In this document: piece after piece, positions 18,403 to 26,316 of the stretch
How positions within the stretch are numbered: position 1 is the first letter of the stretch
Layout of the letters: each line of letters starts with the position of its first letter
Assembly (NCBI GenBank): GCA_964536725.1
Contig: CAZHYJ010000002.1
Coordinates: 91,219-155,218 of the forward strand
DNA from: an uncultured Gammaproteobacteria bacterium
GTDB taxonomy: Bacteria; Patescibacteriota; Patescibacteriia; Magasanikbacterales; GWA2-37-8
Length of the DNA stretch: 64,000 nt
Reading direction: 5' to 3'
Notes under the pieces: model-generated
What the model saw: only the letters and a program-made list of their open reading frames with translations
Database searches by the model: none
What the model was told of the DNA's origin: nothing
Position numbers and translations under genes: made by a program

Positions 18403-18462
18403 AAAAAGGACTCCTTGCGGAGCCCCTAAGCTATAGAATTCTTGAGGTTATTACTAACCTAC
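18403..18462 (-). ncRNA. Putative ~60-nt small RNA (RNA B), convergent with NYN
   Basis: Promoter TTGACA (18493-18498), 18 bp, TATACT (18469-18474) with TG extension; hairpin AGGUUA-GUAA-UAACCU; terminator GGGGCUCC-GCAA-GGAGUCCU plus Us. Confidence 0.6.
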
Positions 18463-18510
18463 AATCACAGTATATCACGGAATTATGGTTTTTGTCAATG
18501 TCTACGGCAG

Positions 18511-18519
18511 TTATCCACA
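18511..18519 (+). promoter_or_regulatory. Perfect DnaA box
   Basis: TTATCCACA just upstream of the -35 of the RNA B promoter. Confidence 0.5.
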
Positions 18520-18584
18520 GGAGTACAATTTTTTGTGATAAGGTAGTAGGATAAAAATGTTAAATTAATGTAGGCATATATCAT

Positions 18585-18932
18585 ATGACTGATGTTAAAC
18601 AGTTAACTGAGAGGATGCTAAAATTTAGGGACGAGCGTGATTGGAAGCAGTTTCATAACCCGAAAGATTTGGCGATTTCTTTGTCGTTAGAGGCGTCGGA
18701 GGTTTTGGAACATTTTCAGTGGAAGACGAATGAGGAGGTTGCCAAATATGTTAAGACAGATCGGGAAGAAATTGGGGACGAGTTGGGTGATGTGATGAAC
18801 AACTTACTTTTGTTGGCTGAAGCGGTGGGGGTAGATATATTGGACGCAGCAGAGAAAAAGATTGAGAAGAACGAGAAAAAGTATCCGGTGGACAAGGTGA
18901 AGGGGTCCGCGAAGAAGTATGATCAGTATTAG
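18585..18932 (+). CDS. MazG-like nucleotide pyrophosphohydrolase
   Basis: FRDERDWKQFHNPKDLA..LEASE, EIGDELGDV, KKYP. Confidence 0.92.
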   Translation: MTDVKQLTERMLKFRDERDWKQFHNPKDLAISLSLEASEVLEHFQWKTNEEVAKYVKTDREEIGDELGDVMNNLLLLAEAVGVDILDAAEKKIEKNEKKYPVDKVKGSAKKYDQY

Positions 18933-18958
18933 TGAGTGAGATAAATTTTTTGAATGTG

Positions 18959-18994
18959 AATACCCTTGACAAAACAAGGGTATTTTGATATTAT
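18959..18994 (+). promoter_or_regulatory. Consensus promoter with a perfect 10-bp inverted repeat (operator-like)
   Basis: TTGACA (18966), 17 bp, TATTAT (18989); AATACCCTTG-N6-CAAGGGTATT at 18959-18984. Confidence 0.7.
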
Positions 18995-19077
18995 TTTTTG
19001 TTGCAAAGGAAAGCGGTTAGGCTGTCTTTTTTAGGTAATTTAACCGGTTTCCTTGGGTAGTAAAGGAGGACGGGATT

Positions 19078-19338
19078 ATGAAGAAGTGCAACAGGGAACA
19101 CGTGGTCATTCTGGGGACGAATCCTGATGGCACCGTGGACATGATGTGCGACGATGGGTCGGTGGGCCAGGCCGTCCCGCGCAAAGGAGGCGAGTTCAGA
19201 CTCGAGCCCACGGAGGTCGACGGCCTCTACCACCGAGTCTCCACCCGTGGCAACAAGTCCAGGGTCGGCTACTCGAAGGCCTTCGCCGACAACTGGGATG
19301 GCATTTTCGGCGCCAAGCTGGATACCACCGTGAACTAA
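19078..19338 (+). CDS. GC-rich small hypothetical protein
   Basis: Strong SD AAAGGAGG; own promoter; 39/60 GC in 19141-19200. Confidence 0.7.
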   Translation: MKKCNREHVVILGTNPDGTVDMMCDDGSVGQAVPRKGGEFRLEPTEVDGLYHRVSTRGNKSRVGYSKAFADNWDGIFGAKLDTTVN

Positions 19339-19402
19339 GGAGGTCGTCATGAACCGTCCAACCGGACCGCCGCAAGGCAGGTGGTCCAAGCGGAACAAAA
19401 AT

Positions 19403-19474
19403 CCGCTCGCACCACCATGTATATTTCTAAATATTTGGGAATACACATGGAGGGTTACCGCGAGCGGTTTTTTT
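19403..19474 (+). terminator. Long hairpin terminator
   Basis: CCGCTCGC/GCGAGCGG base stem, inner CCATGT/ACATGG, followed by T7. Confidence 0.7.
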
Positions 19475-19500
19475 GTTGTACAATAAAAAACTAGTGTAAA

Positions 19501-19543
19501 TAGCGTCAGTTTTTTGATTTCAGATTTTTATGATAAAATATAC
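19501..19543 (+). repeat. 43-bp element upstream of the PemK gene (copy 2)
   Basis: 36/43 identical to 17577-17619. Confidence 0.75.
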
Positions 19544-19574
19544 AGTATAATTAATTTATAAATTATATTTAGTT

Positions 19575-19976
19575 ATGAATAATAAGGAGGGGGTTGAGAA
19601 GTTCATTGAGTGGACAAAATTAAAAATACGACTACACATTTCTTTACACGAAATCTATTTTCGAGAAGGGGAAATTTGGTGGGCGAGCTTGGGTGTAAAT
19701 GTTGGCCACGAACAAGATGGGAAAAATGAAAATTTCGAGAGACCGATCTTAATATTAAAAAAATTTAATCAGCATGTTCTTTGGGCGGTGCCACTCACTA
19801 GTCAGGTCAAAGAAGATAATCCGTATTATATAAAATATAAATTAGGTGATAATGTTTATGCTGCGGTTATTTCCCAGCTTAGGTTGGTAAGTTCAAAGAG
19901 GTTGCGTAGAAAGATTGGTATGTTTTTAGCAGAAGACTTCGAAAGGGTTAGACAAGAAATTAAAAAACTTATATAA
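19575..19976 (+). CDS. PemK/MazF-family toxin (endoribonuclease), no adjacent protein antitoxin
   Basis: GEIWWASLGVNVGHEQDGK...RPILILKK, VPLTS, SQLRLVSSKRL. Confidence 0.9.
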   Translation: MNNKEGVEKFIEWTKLKIRLHISLHEIYFREGEIWWASLGVNVGHEQDGKNENFERPILILKKFNQHVLWAVPLTSQVKEDNPYYIKYKLGDNVYAAVISQLRLVSSKRLRRKIGMFLAEDFERVRQEIKKLI

Positions 19977-20039
19977 AAAACGAAACCTACCGGTTAAGGT
20001 AGGAATCTCGGAGCTATCCCCGAAAGGATAACCATTTGT
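19975..20039 (-). ncRNA. Putative ~65-nt small RNA (RNA C), convergent with PemK
   Basis: Promoter TTGACT (20070-20075), 18 bp, TATACT (20046-20051) with TG extension; hairpin GGUUAUCCU-UUCG-GGGAUAGCU; terminator CGAGAUUCCUACC...GGUAGGUUUCG plus U6. Confidence 0.62.
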
Positions 20040-20080
20040 AAATACAGTATAGCATGTAGAGGGGTAAAAAGTCAAGTTAT

Positions 20081-20089
20081 TGTGGATAA
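20081..20089 (-). promoter_or_regulatory. Perfect DnaA box
   Basis: TGTGGATAA on + (TTATCCACA on -), 5 bp upstream of the RNA C -35. Confidence 0.5.
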
Positions 20090-20181
20090 CTTCTTTGTAG
20101 GCACGGTCTTCAACCAGTTAAACCACTGACTTTTTTCATCTTTGCCTTTTTTGCGTTTTTGCGCTAAAATACAGGAGAAAT

Positions 20182-21177
20182 ATGTTGATTCAAATTGCCG
20201 ACAATAAATCTGTTTGGGATGCTTTTTTGCTGAAAAATAAAGCGGTTTTTACACAGTCCTGGGATTGGGGTGGCGTTTTGGCGTCTGAAGGTAAAAAGAT
20301 TGAAAGATTGTTGGTGGTGGATGGTACGGAGATTGTGGCGGCGGTAATGGTGGTGTATAACTTTTTTCCGTTTGGTATTAAATACGCGGCAGCTTCTTGG
20401 GGGCCGGTGTTTGCTAAGGGAATGGAGAATAGGGGTGGGGAGTGTTTAGATTTACTTGGGAAATATTTTAAAGATAACGGTTGTGTATTTGCACGGATTG
20501 AACCATTGGTTTTGTTTGATACTAAAAGTGAATACAAATTAAAACAAATCAAAGATGTTAGTCCAAGTCATACACTCGTTTTGGATCTGACAATGGGTGA
20601 AGAAAAAACAATGTCTGGAATTGAAAAAAAGACCCGCTATGAAATTCGTCAGGCGCAAAAAAACAATTTGGAAGTGAAAGAACAAAAAGATCCGGATATT
20701 TTTTGGAGCTTAATGAAAAAGACGGCGAGTCACGATGGTTTTCGTACGCATCCAGAGGAGCATTACAAAAAGATATTAGCAAGTGACAGTAGTGTACAGT
20801 TAAATGCCTGCTATCATGGACAGCCAATTGCCACGGCGATTTTTTGGGAGTGGGATGGTATGTTCACATATATGTTCGCGGCCACCGATCGAAATTTTAG
20901 TAGTTTATCGGCGGCATATTTAATTCAGTGGGAAGCGATTAAGTTGGCCATGGGTCGGGGTTGCACGGCCTATGATTTTTTTGGTGTCGCGCCCAAGACT
21001 ATCGCACCGGACGCGCCGTATGATTATGATCGCAAACATCGCTACGCTGGTTTTACCAAATTCAAATTAGGTTTCGGTGGTCAACATAAAAATTTTCCGG
21101 GTACGTATGATTTGATTTTAGATCCCACTAAATATTATTTTTATTTACTCCTACGTTCAGTTAAACGTTTATTTTAG
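20182..21177 (+). CDS. FemAB/FemX-family peptidoglycan bridge aminoacyltransferase
   Basis: FTQSWDWG, KTRYEIR, LIQWEAIK, YDFFG, GFTKFKLGFGG. Confidence 0.9.
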   Translation: MLIQIADNKSVWDAFLLKNKAVFTQSWDWGGVLASEGKKIERLLVVDGTEIVAAVMVVYNFFPFGIKYAAASWGPVFAKGMENRGGECLDLLGKYFKDNGCVFARIEPLVLFDTKSEYKLKQIKDVSPSHTLVLDLTMGEEKTMSGIEKKTRYEIRQAQKNNLEVKEQKDPDIFWSLMKKTASHDGFRTHPEEHYKKILASDSSVQLNACYHGQPIATAIFWEWDGMFTYMFAATDRNFSSLSAAYLIQWEAIKLAMGRGCTAYDFFGVAPKTIAPDAPYDYDRKHRYAGFTKFKLGFGGQHKNFPGTYDLILDPTKYYFYLLLRSVKRLF

Positions 21178-21180
21178 GAT

Positions 21181-22176
21181 ATGTTAAAAGTGATCAACAA
21201 CAAAATCGAGTGGGATGAATTGTTGGCACGTTTTGTGGCTTCTTTTTTACATTCTTCCGAATGGAACGAAGTTTTGCTTGAGAGCGGACAAACAGTGGAG
21301 CGCGTGTTGGTTGAAAATGGTAGCGCGAGTTTATTGGCACTGTTAGTTTTTAAATCTTTGCCGTTTGGGCGGAAGTTTGTTTTTTGTCCGACGGGTCCGT
21401 TGGTGAGTGGTGGGGGAGTTGATAACGAAAAGAATTGGCGAGAGTTAATTAAATATATCAAAGAAAAAGAGTGTATATTTTTTAAATTTGAACCGAGCAA
21501 TGTTGAACAGTTGCCCGATTTTGTTAAACGTTCAAAAAGAGTGGTGCGTGATGTTAATCCGATGGCGACGATGGTGCTGGATGTGTCTAAAATTGTTCGG
21601 GAGATTTTTCAGTCATTTCATCAGAAGACGCGGTATAATATTAATCTGGCGGAAAGAAAAGGGTTGAGTGTAAAATGGGAAAAGAATTTTCCAGTGTTTT
21701 GGGAGTTGATGAAAAAAACTGGGGCGCGCGATGGTTTTGGTTTGCATCCCGAAAAAAATTATGCGGCGGCGGTAAGCAGTCCAGCCACGCGTCAGGTGAC
21801 CATTTACTCAGGCAATACACCAGTGGCTGCCGGATGCTTTTGGATAACCAATGATATTTGTTATTATCTCTACGGTGCGTCGGATCATGACTTTCGTCAA
21901 TTAATGGCACCATATTTGGTACAGTGGGAAGCGATTAAAATGACTAAAAATGCTCGGTGTAAATATTACGATTTTTTTGGTGTGGCTCCGAGAATTAATG
22001 CTGCGGGCGAAGAGTATGAATATGACCCTAAACATCGCTACGCCGGTGTCACGCGTTTTAAATTAGGTTTTAATGGTCGGATAGTAGAAACGCCGGGAAC
22101 ATTTGATCTGCCGATAAACCGTTTTTGGTATGGGGTATATTATTTGTCCCGTCGTCTGCGTGGATTAAAAGTTTAG
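21181..22176 (+). CDS. FemAB/FemX-family aminoacyltransferase (paralog)
   Basis: FLHSSEW, KTRYNINLA, YLYGAS, APYLVQWEAI, GVTRFKLGF. Confidence 0.9.
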   Translation: MLKVINNKIEWDELLARFVASFLHSSEWNEVLLESGQTVERVLVENGSASLLALLVFKSLPFGRKFVFCPTGPLVSGGGVDNEKNWRELIKYIKEKECIFFKFEPSNVEQLPDFVKRSKRVVRDVNPMATMVLDVSKIVREIFQSFHQKTRYNINLAERKGLSVKWEKNFPVFWELMKKTGARDGFGLHPEKNYAAAVSSPATRQVTIYSGNTPVAAGCFWITNDICYYLYGASDHDFRQLMAPYLVQWEAIKMTKNARCKYYDFFGVAPRINAAGEEYEYDPKHRYAGVTRFKLGFNGRIVETPGTFDLPINRFWYGVYYLSRRLRGLKV

Positions 22177-22177
22177 T

Positions 22178-23629
22178 ATGTCTTACAGTGTCGCCCAAAA
22201 TGCTACTTTTCTAACAGTCGCCTCAGTCTTTCAACGGATGATCTCTTTTGGATATTTTATCTTCATTGCGCGTGTGATCGGAGTAGAGAATACCGGGCAA
22301 TACTTTTTTGCTATTGCCTTTACGTCGGTGTTTACTGTGTTGGCAGACAGTGGTTTGAATTTGGTGTTAACGCGGGAAGCGGCACGTAATGACAAAGATT
22401 TTGAAACTTATGCTAGTACAGTTTTTTGGTCCAAAGTATTTTTTGGAATTGTGTCATATGGCTTGGTAGTTTTGTTCGCCAATTTACTTGGCTATGCGCT
22501 CGATTTGAAACACTTGATCTATCTGTCTGGTATCACGATGTTTTTTGATAATATTCATTCCATTTTTTACAGTCTGTTTCGGGCGCGCAAGAACTTGTTG
22601 TTTGAAGGCGCGGGGATTATCGGCTCACAGTTTTTAACCTTGGTGATTGGTAGTACAGCGTTGTTAATGCACTTGCCGTTGTATTGGTTGATCTTGGCCT
22701 ATGCCATCCCGTCCGCGTGTAACGTTTTGTATGTTTCCACTGCAGCGCGCTTGAAGTTGGGGATAAAAATTCATTGGCAGTGGAACAAGCAACTTGCACA
22801 TTCATTTTTCTTGATGGCGATACCGTTTGCCTTGGCGGGGATTATCAACCGCTTGTATTCGTACAGTGATTCGATTTTGATGTCGAAGTTGTTAACTCCC
22901 ACTGAACTTGGTTTATGGAGTTTGCCGTACAAGATTAATTTTGCTTTTCAGTTTATTCCAGCCGCACTAACTGCTAGTATTTATCCAGCCATGAGCACAT
23001 TGTTTGTAACGGACCGCGAACAGATTGGTGTATTGTTTGTGAAGGCCTGGCGATATTTATTATTAGTTGTTTTGCCGATTACTTTTGGCTTGTGGGCGGT
23101 GGGGGATCAGGTTATTGTGAAGATGGCGGGTAAAGCATATTTGTCGTCGGTGCCAGTGTTGAAAATTTTATTGGTAAGTTTGATTTTAAGTTTTTTAAGT
23201 TTTGTGACGGGGGCGACTTTGAATGCTATCAACAAACAAAAAGTGCAGACCATCTTGTTGGCGGCATCACTGGCGGTGAGTATATCAATGAATTTGATCT
23301 TGTTGCCAAGAATTGGTATTTGGGGCGCGGCGATTACTGCCAGTGTGAGTAATTTAATTTTAACCGGTGGGGGAATGATCATGGTGCGACGCAATGTGAC
23401 TATTCATTGGCGAACAATTTTAGATTATTTGTGGCGGATTTTGTTGTCGGCGGGTGTGATGGGGGCGGTGGCATATTTGTTGGGGCAGAAAATTAGTTTC
23501 ATTATCGTGATCCCGGTGGCCGGTGTGATGTATTGTGCTTTGCTGTTTTGGACCAAGGCGGTTACTAAAGAATTGTTGTTGTCGATAGTTAAAAAAACAA
23601 AAATTAAAGAATCTAATATTGCAGTATGA
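22178..23629 (+). CDS. Wzx-type polysaccharide flippase
   Basis: About 12-14 TM, MOP-family pattern, glycan-cluster context. Confidence 0.88.
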   Translation: MSYSVAQNATFLTVASVFQRMISFGYFIFIARVIGVENTGQYFFAIAFTSVFTVLADSGLNLVLTREAARNDKDFETYASTVFWSKVFFGIVSYGLVVLFANLLGYALDLKHLIYLSGITMFFDNIHSIFYSLFRARKNLLFEGAGIIGSQFLTLVIGSTALLMHLPLYWLILAYAIPSACNVLYVSTAARLKLGIKIHWQWNKQLAHSFFLMAIPFALAGIINRLYSYSDSILMSKLLTPTELGLWSLPYKINFAFQFIPAALTASIYPAMSTLFVTDREQIGVLFVKAWRYLLLVVLPITFGLWAVGDQVIVKMAGKAYLSSVPVLKILLVSLILSFLSFVTGATLNAINKQKVQTILLAASLAVSISMNLILLPRIGIWGAAITASVSNLILTGGGMIMVRRNVTIHWRTILDYLWRILLSAGVMGAVAYLLGQKISFIIVIPVAGVMYCALLFWTKAVTKELLLSIVKKTKIKESNIAV

Positions 23630-24741
23630 AAACCCTAATTGTTACCCTCGAATACCCACCGCAAATTGGCGGAATCGCTTCCTATATATATAACTTTGCT
23701 AAACACGACACTTTGGGTGAAGTTGTAGTATATGCGCCGGTAACGGCTGGTGGTTTGGAATATGACGCAAAAAATCCGTGGAAAACGATTCGGCGCAAAC
23801 CATTTTGGGCCTTGCGTCCACGTTGGTTTAAGATGTTGTTACAGCTTCGTAAGATTATTAAACAAGAAAAAATTACCGAGTTGTACATCCACCATGTTTT
23901 ACCAGTTGGCTATGTGGCATATTTGTTAAAAAAATCCTTGGGTGTTCCCTATACAATATTTTTGCATGGTACGGATTTGGAGATGGCGACAAAAACACGC
24001 GGTAAAACAAAAAAGTTTGCGCGCATTTGTTTGGGAGCAAGCAGGGTAGTGGTGAATAGTGAATTTTTGAAAAACAAATTGTCAATCAAGGTGGAAGGTT
24101 TAAAAAATGTCGTGGTGTTGTATCCGTGTCCGGGTGATCAATTTTTACAACCAGTTAATATCGAAGAGTTGGAGACACTGCGTTCCAAGTTGGCATTGAA
24201 CGGTAAAAAAGTTTTGTTGACAGTGGCGCGCATGGCAGAAGGTAAAGGTTTTCCACATTTGATTCGTCTGTTACCACAAATTTTACAGAAGGTGCCAAAC
24301 TTGGTGTGGCTCGTGATTGGTGATGGGCCAAAACGTCCGGCGTTGGTAGCTGCCGTGCAGAAAAACAATTTACATAATGTGACACGCTTTTTGGGTACAG
24401 TGCCATATGAAGAGCTGGCAAAATATTACCAACTAGCCGATCTGTTTGTTTTGTTAACTCACAAAGATGAAAGTTCAGAAGAAGGATGGGGGACAGTGTT
24501 TTTGGAAGCCGCTGCCAGTAGTTTGCCAGTAGTGGCAGGACGGGTGGGTGGAGTGGAAGAGGTGGTGGATAATTTACGCACGGGATTGTTAGTGGATGTA
24601 TATCAGGATCAAAGTGTAATTTCGGGTGTGGCCGATTTGTTGCGCGAAGAAAAGTATGCGAAAGAATTGGGCGTGGCTGGACACGAGCGCGTGTTGGGAG
24701 AATTTACTTGGGAAAAACAAATTGAGAAATTAAAAAATTAA
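23626..24741 (+). CDS. Glycosyltransferase family 4
   Basis: EYPPQIGGI, EGWGTVFLEAAA (EX7E). Confidence 0.92.
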   Translation: MKTLIVTLEYPPQIGGIASYIYNFAKHDTLGEVVVYAPVTAGGLEYDAKNPWKTIRRKPFWALRPRWFKMLLQLRKIIKQEKITELYIHHVLPVGYVAYLLKKSLGVPYTIFLHGTDLEMATKTRGKTKKFARICLGASRVVVNSEFLKNKLSIKVEGLKNVVVLYPCPGDQFLQPVNIEELETLRSKLALNGKKVLLTVARMAEGKGFPHLIRLLPQILQKVPNLVWLVIGDGPKRPALVAAVQKNNLHNVTRFLGTVPYEELAKYYQLADLFVLLTHKDESSEEGWGTVFLEAAASSLPVVAGRVGGVEEVVDNLRTGLLVDVYQDQSVISGVADLLREEKYAKELGVAGHERVLGEFTWEKQIEKLKN

Positions 24742-24742
24742 T

Positions 24743-25600
24743 ATGCCAGATAAATATACCGCCGTTTGGGTTTCGCATTCCTCCATTAGTGATTGGCTGC
24801 ATTGTCCGCAGGCATATTTTTTGCAAAATGTGTATCGTGATCCGAAAACTAATCACAAGATTCGTATCACGCGTCCGAGTCTAGCTTTGGGTAGTGCAGT
24901 GCATGAAGTGTTGGAGGGAATTTCACAGTTGCCAAAAGAAACACGTTTTAACGAATCGCTCATCGCGAAGTTTGAAAATGCCTGGCAAAAATTTAGTGGT
25001 AAAAAAGGTGGGTTTTTGGATGCGGATAGTGAATATCGTTACAAAATGCGTGGTCAGGAAATGTTGCGTCGGGTAATGGCGCACAAAGATATTTTGGCTG
25101 GGCCGGCGGTAAAGATAAAAGAAGATTTACCACATTTTTGGTTATCAGAAGAAGATAATATTATTCTCTGTGGCAAGATTGATTGGCTCGAATATTTGCC
25201 AGAAATTGACAGCGTGCATATTATCGATTTTAAAACGGGGAAAAGCGAAGAAGATCCTGATTCGTTGCAGTTACCCATATATCATCTACTAGTGCACAAC
25301 TGCCAAAAACGCAAAGCGGTTAAGGCGAGCTATTGGTATGTCGAATCAAATGATGGTCTAACGGAAAAGGTTTTACCAGATTTGGAATCATCCAAAGAAA
25401 AAGTTTTGGCTATTGCGCGTGATATTAAAATAGCGAGACAGTTGAAGCGTTTTAAATGCCCGGAAGGGGAGAGTTGTAAATTTTGTAAACCACTATTGGA
25501 TATTTCCAAAGGTTTGGGCGAACTTGTTGGTACCGACGCCTATGGTAGTGATATTTATATCTTGCCGGTAGCGGAAGAAAAGGAAAGTATTATTTTGTAA
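24743..25600 (+). CDS. PD-(D/E)xK nuclease, RecB/AddB-like
   Basis: SHSSISDWLHCP, GSAVH, GKIDW, IIDFKTG, QLPIY, C-terminal Cys cluster. Confidence 0.85.
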   Translation: MPDKYTAVWVSHSSISDWLHCPQAYFLQNVYRDPKTNHKIRITRPSLALGSAVHEVLEGISQLPKETRFNESLIAKFENAWQKFSGKKGGFLDADSEYRYKMRGQEMLRRVMAHKDILAGPAVKIKEDLPHFWLSEEDNIILCGKIDWLEYLPEIDSVHIIDFKTGKSEEDPDSLQLPIYHLLVHNCQKRKAVKASYWYVESNDGLTEKVLPDLESSKEKVLAIARDIKIARQLKRFKCPEGESCKFCKPLLDISKGLGELVGTDAYGSDIYILPVAEEKESIIL

Positions 25601-25608
25601 GTTTTGTT

Positions 25609-26316
25609 ATGGAATTAATTTCTGTTATTATTCCAATCTACAACCAGGCCAATGTATTACGCCGATCGTTGTGTTCGCTTTTGCGTCAGTCATATCGACC
25701 GCTGGAAGTGATTGTAGTTAACGATGGTAGTACCGATAACTTTTCCGAGGTGATGGGTAATATTTTGGCAGAAGAAAAATTTAAAGAATTAAAGATCAAA
25801 GTAATTAATCAGGCAAATCAAGGTGGTTGCTCGGCACGCAATCATGGTTTTAGTGAATCCACCGGTCGTTTTGTTATCTTCTGGGACGCGGACACAATCG
25901 CTAAACCAAAGATGTTGATGACAATGTATCAAGCGTTGTTGAATAGCCCGGAGGCAAGTTGGGCATATTCGCAGTTTTGTTTTGGTTGGAAAAAAATGCG
26001 GGGGGCAGAGTTTGATGTGGAGTTGTTGGAAAAGAATAATTACATTGATGTCACCAGCTTGATTCGCCGTGATGCCGTTGTGCCATTCGATGAAAAATTA
26101 AAACGTTTTCAAGATTGGGATTTGTGGTTGACTTTGGCTAGTACTGGGAAGAGTGGTGTTTTTATCCCGAAAGTATTGTATAAAAAAATAACTAACCCGG
26201 TGGGGATTAGTTCGTGGTTGCCAAGCTTCTTTTTTAAGTTGCCGTGGAAAACAAGTAAAGTGGAAAAATATGAAGCGGCGGCGGAAATGGTTAGGCGGAA
26301 ACACGGTTTGTCCTAG
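25609..26316 (+). CDS. Glycosyltransferase family 2
   Basis: ISVIIPIYN, VNDGSTD, ARNHG, WDAD, QDWDLWL. Confidence 0.92.
   Translation: MELISVIIPIYNQANVLRRSLCSLLRQSYRPLEVIVVNDGSTDNFSEVMGNILAEEKFKELKIKVINQANQGGCSARNHGFSESTGRFVIFWDADTIAKPKMLMTMYQALLNSPEASWAYSQFCFGWKKMRGAEFDVELLEKNNYIDVTSLIRRDAVVPFDEKLKRFQDWDLWLTLASTGKSGVFIPKVLYKKITNPVGISSWLPSFFFKLPWKTSKVEKYEAAAEMVRRKHGLS

Noticed and set aside
18991-19446. 151-aa minus-strand ORF and other overlapping frames
   Set aside because: Shadow of a GC-rich segment; promoter, SD and terminator all support the + strand 19078-19338 ORF
18511-20089. oriC suggested by DnaA boxes
   Set aside because: Only isolated boxes 1.6 kb apart, no dnaA/dnaN, and no skew switch visible here
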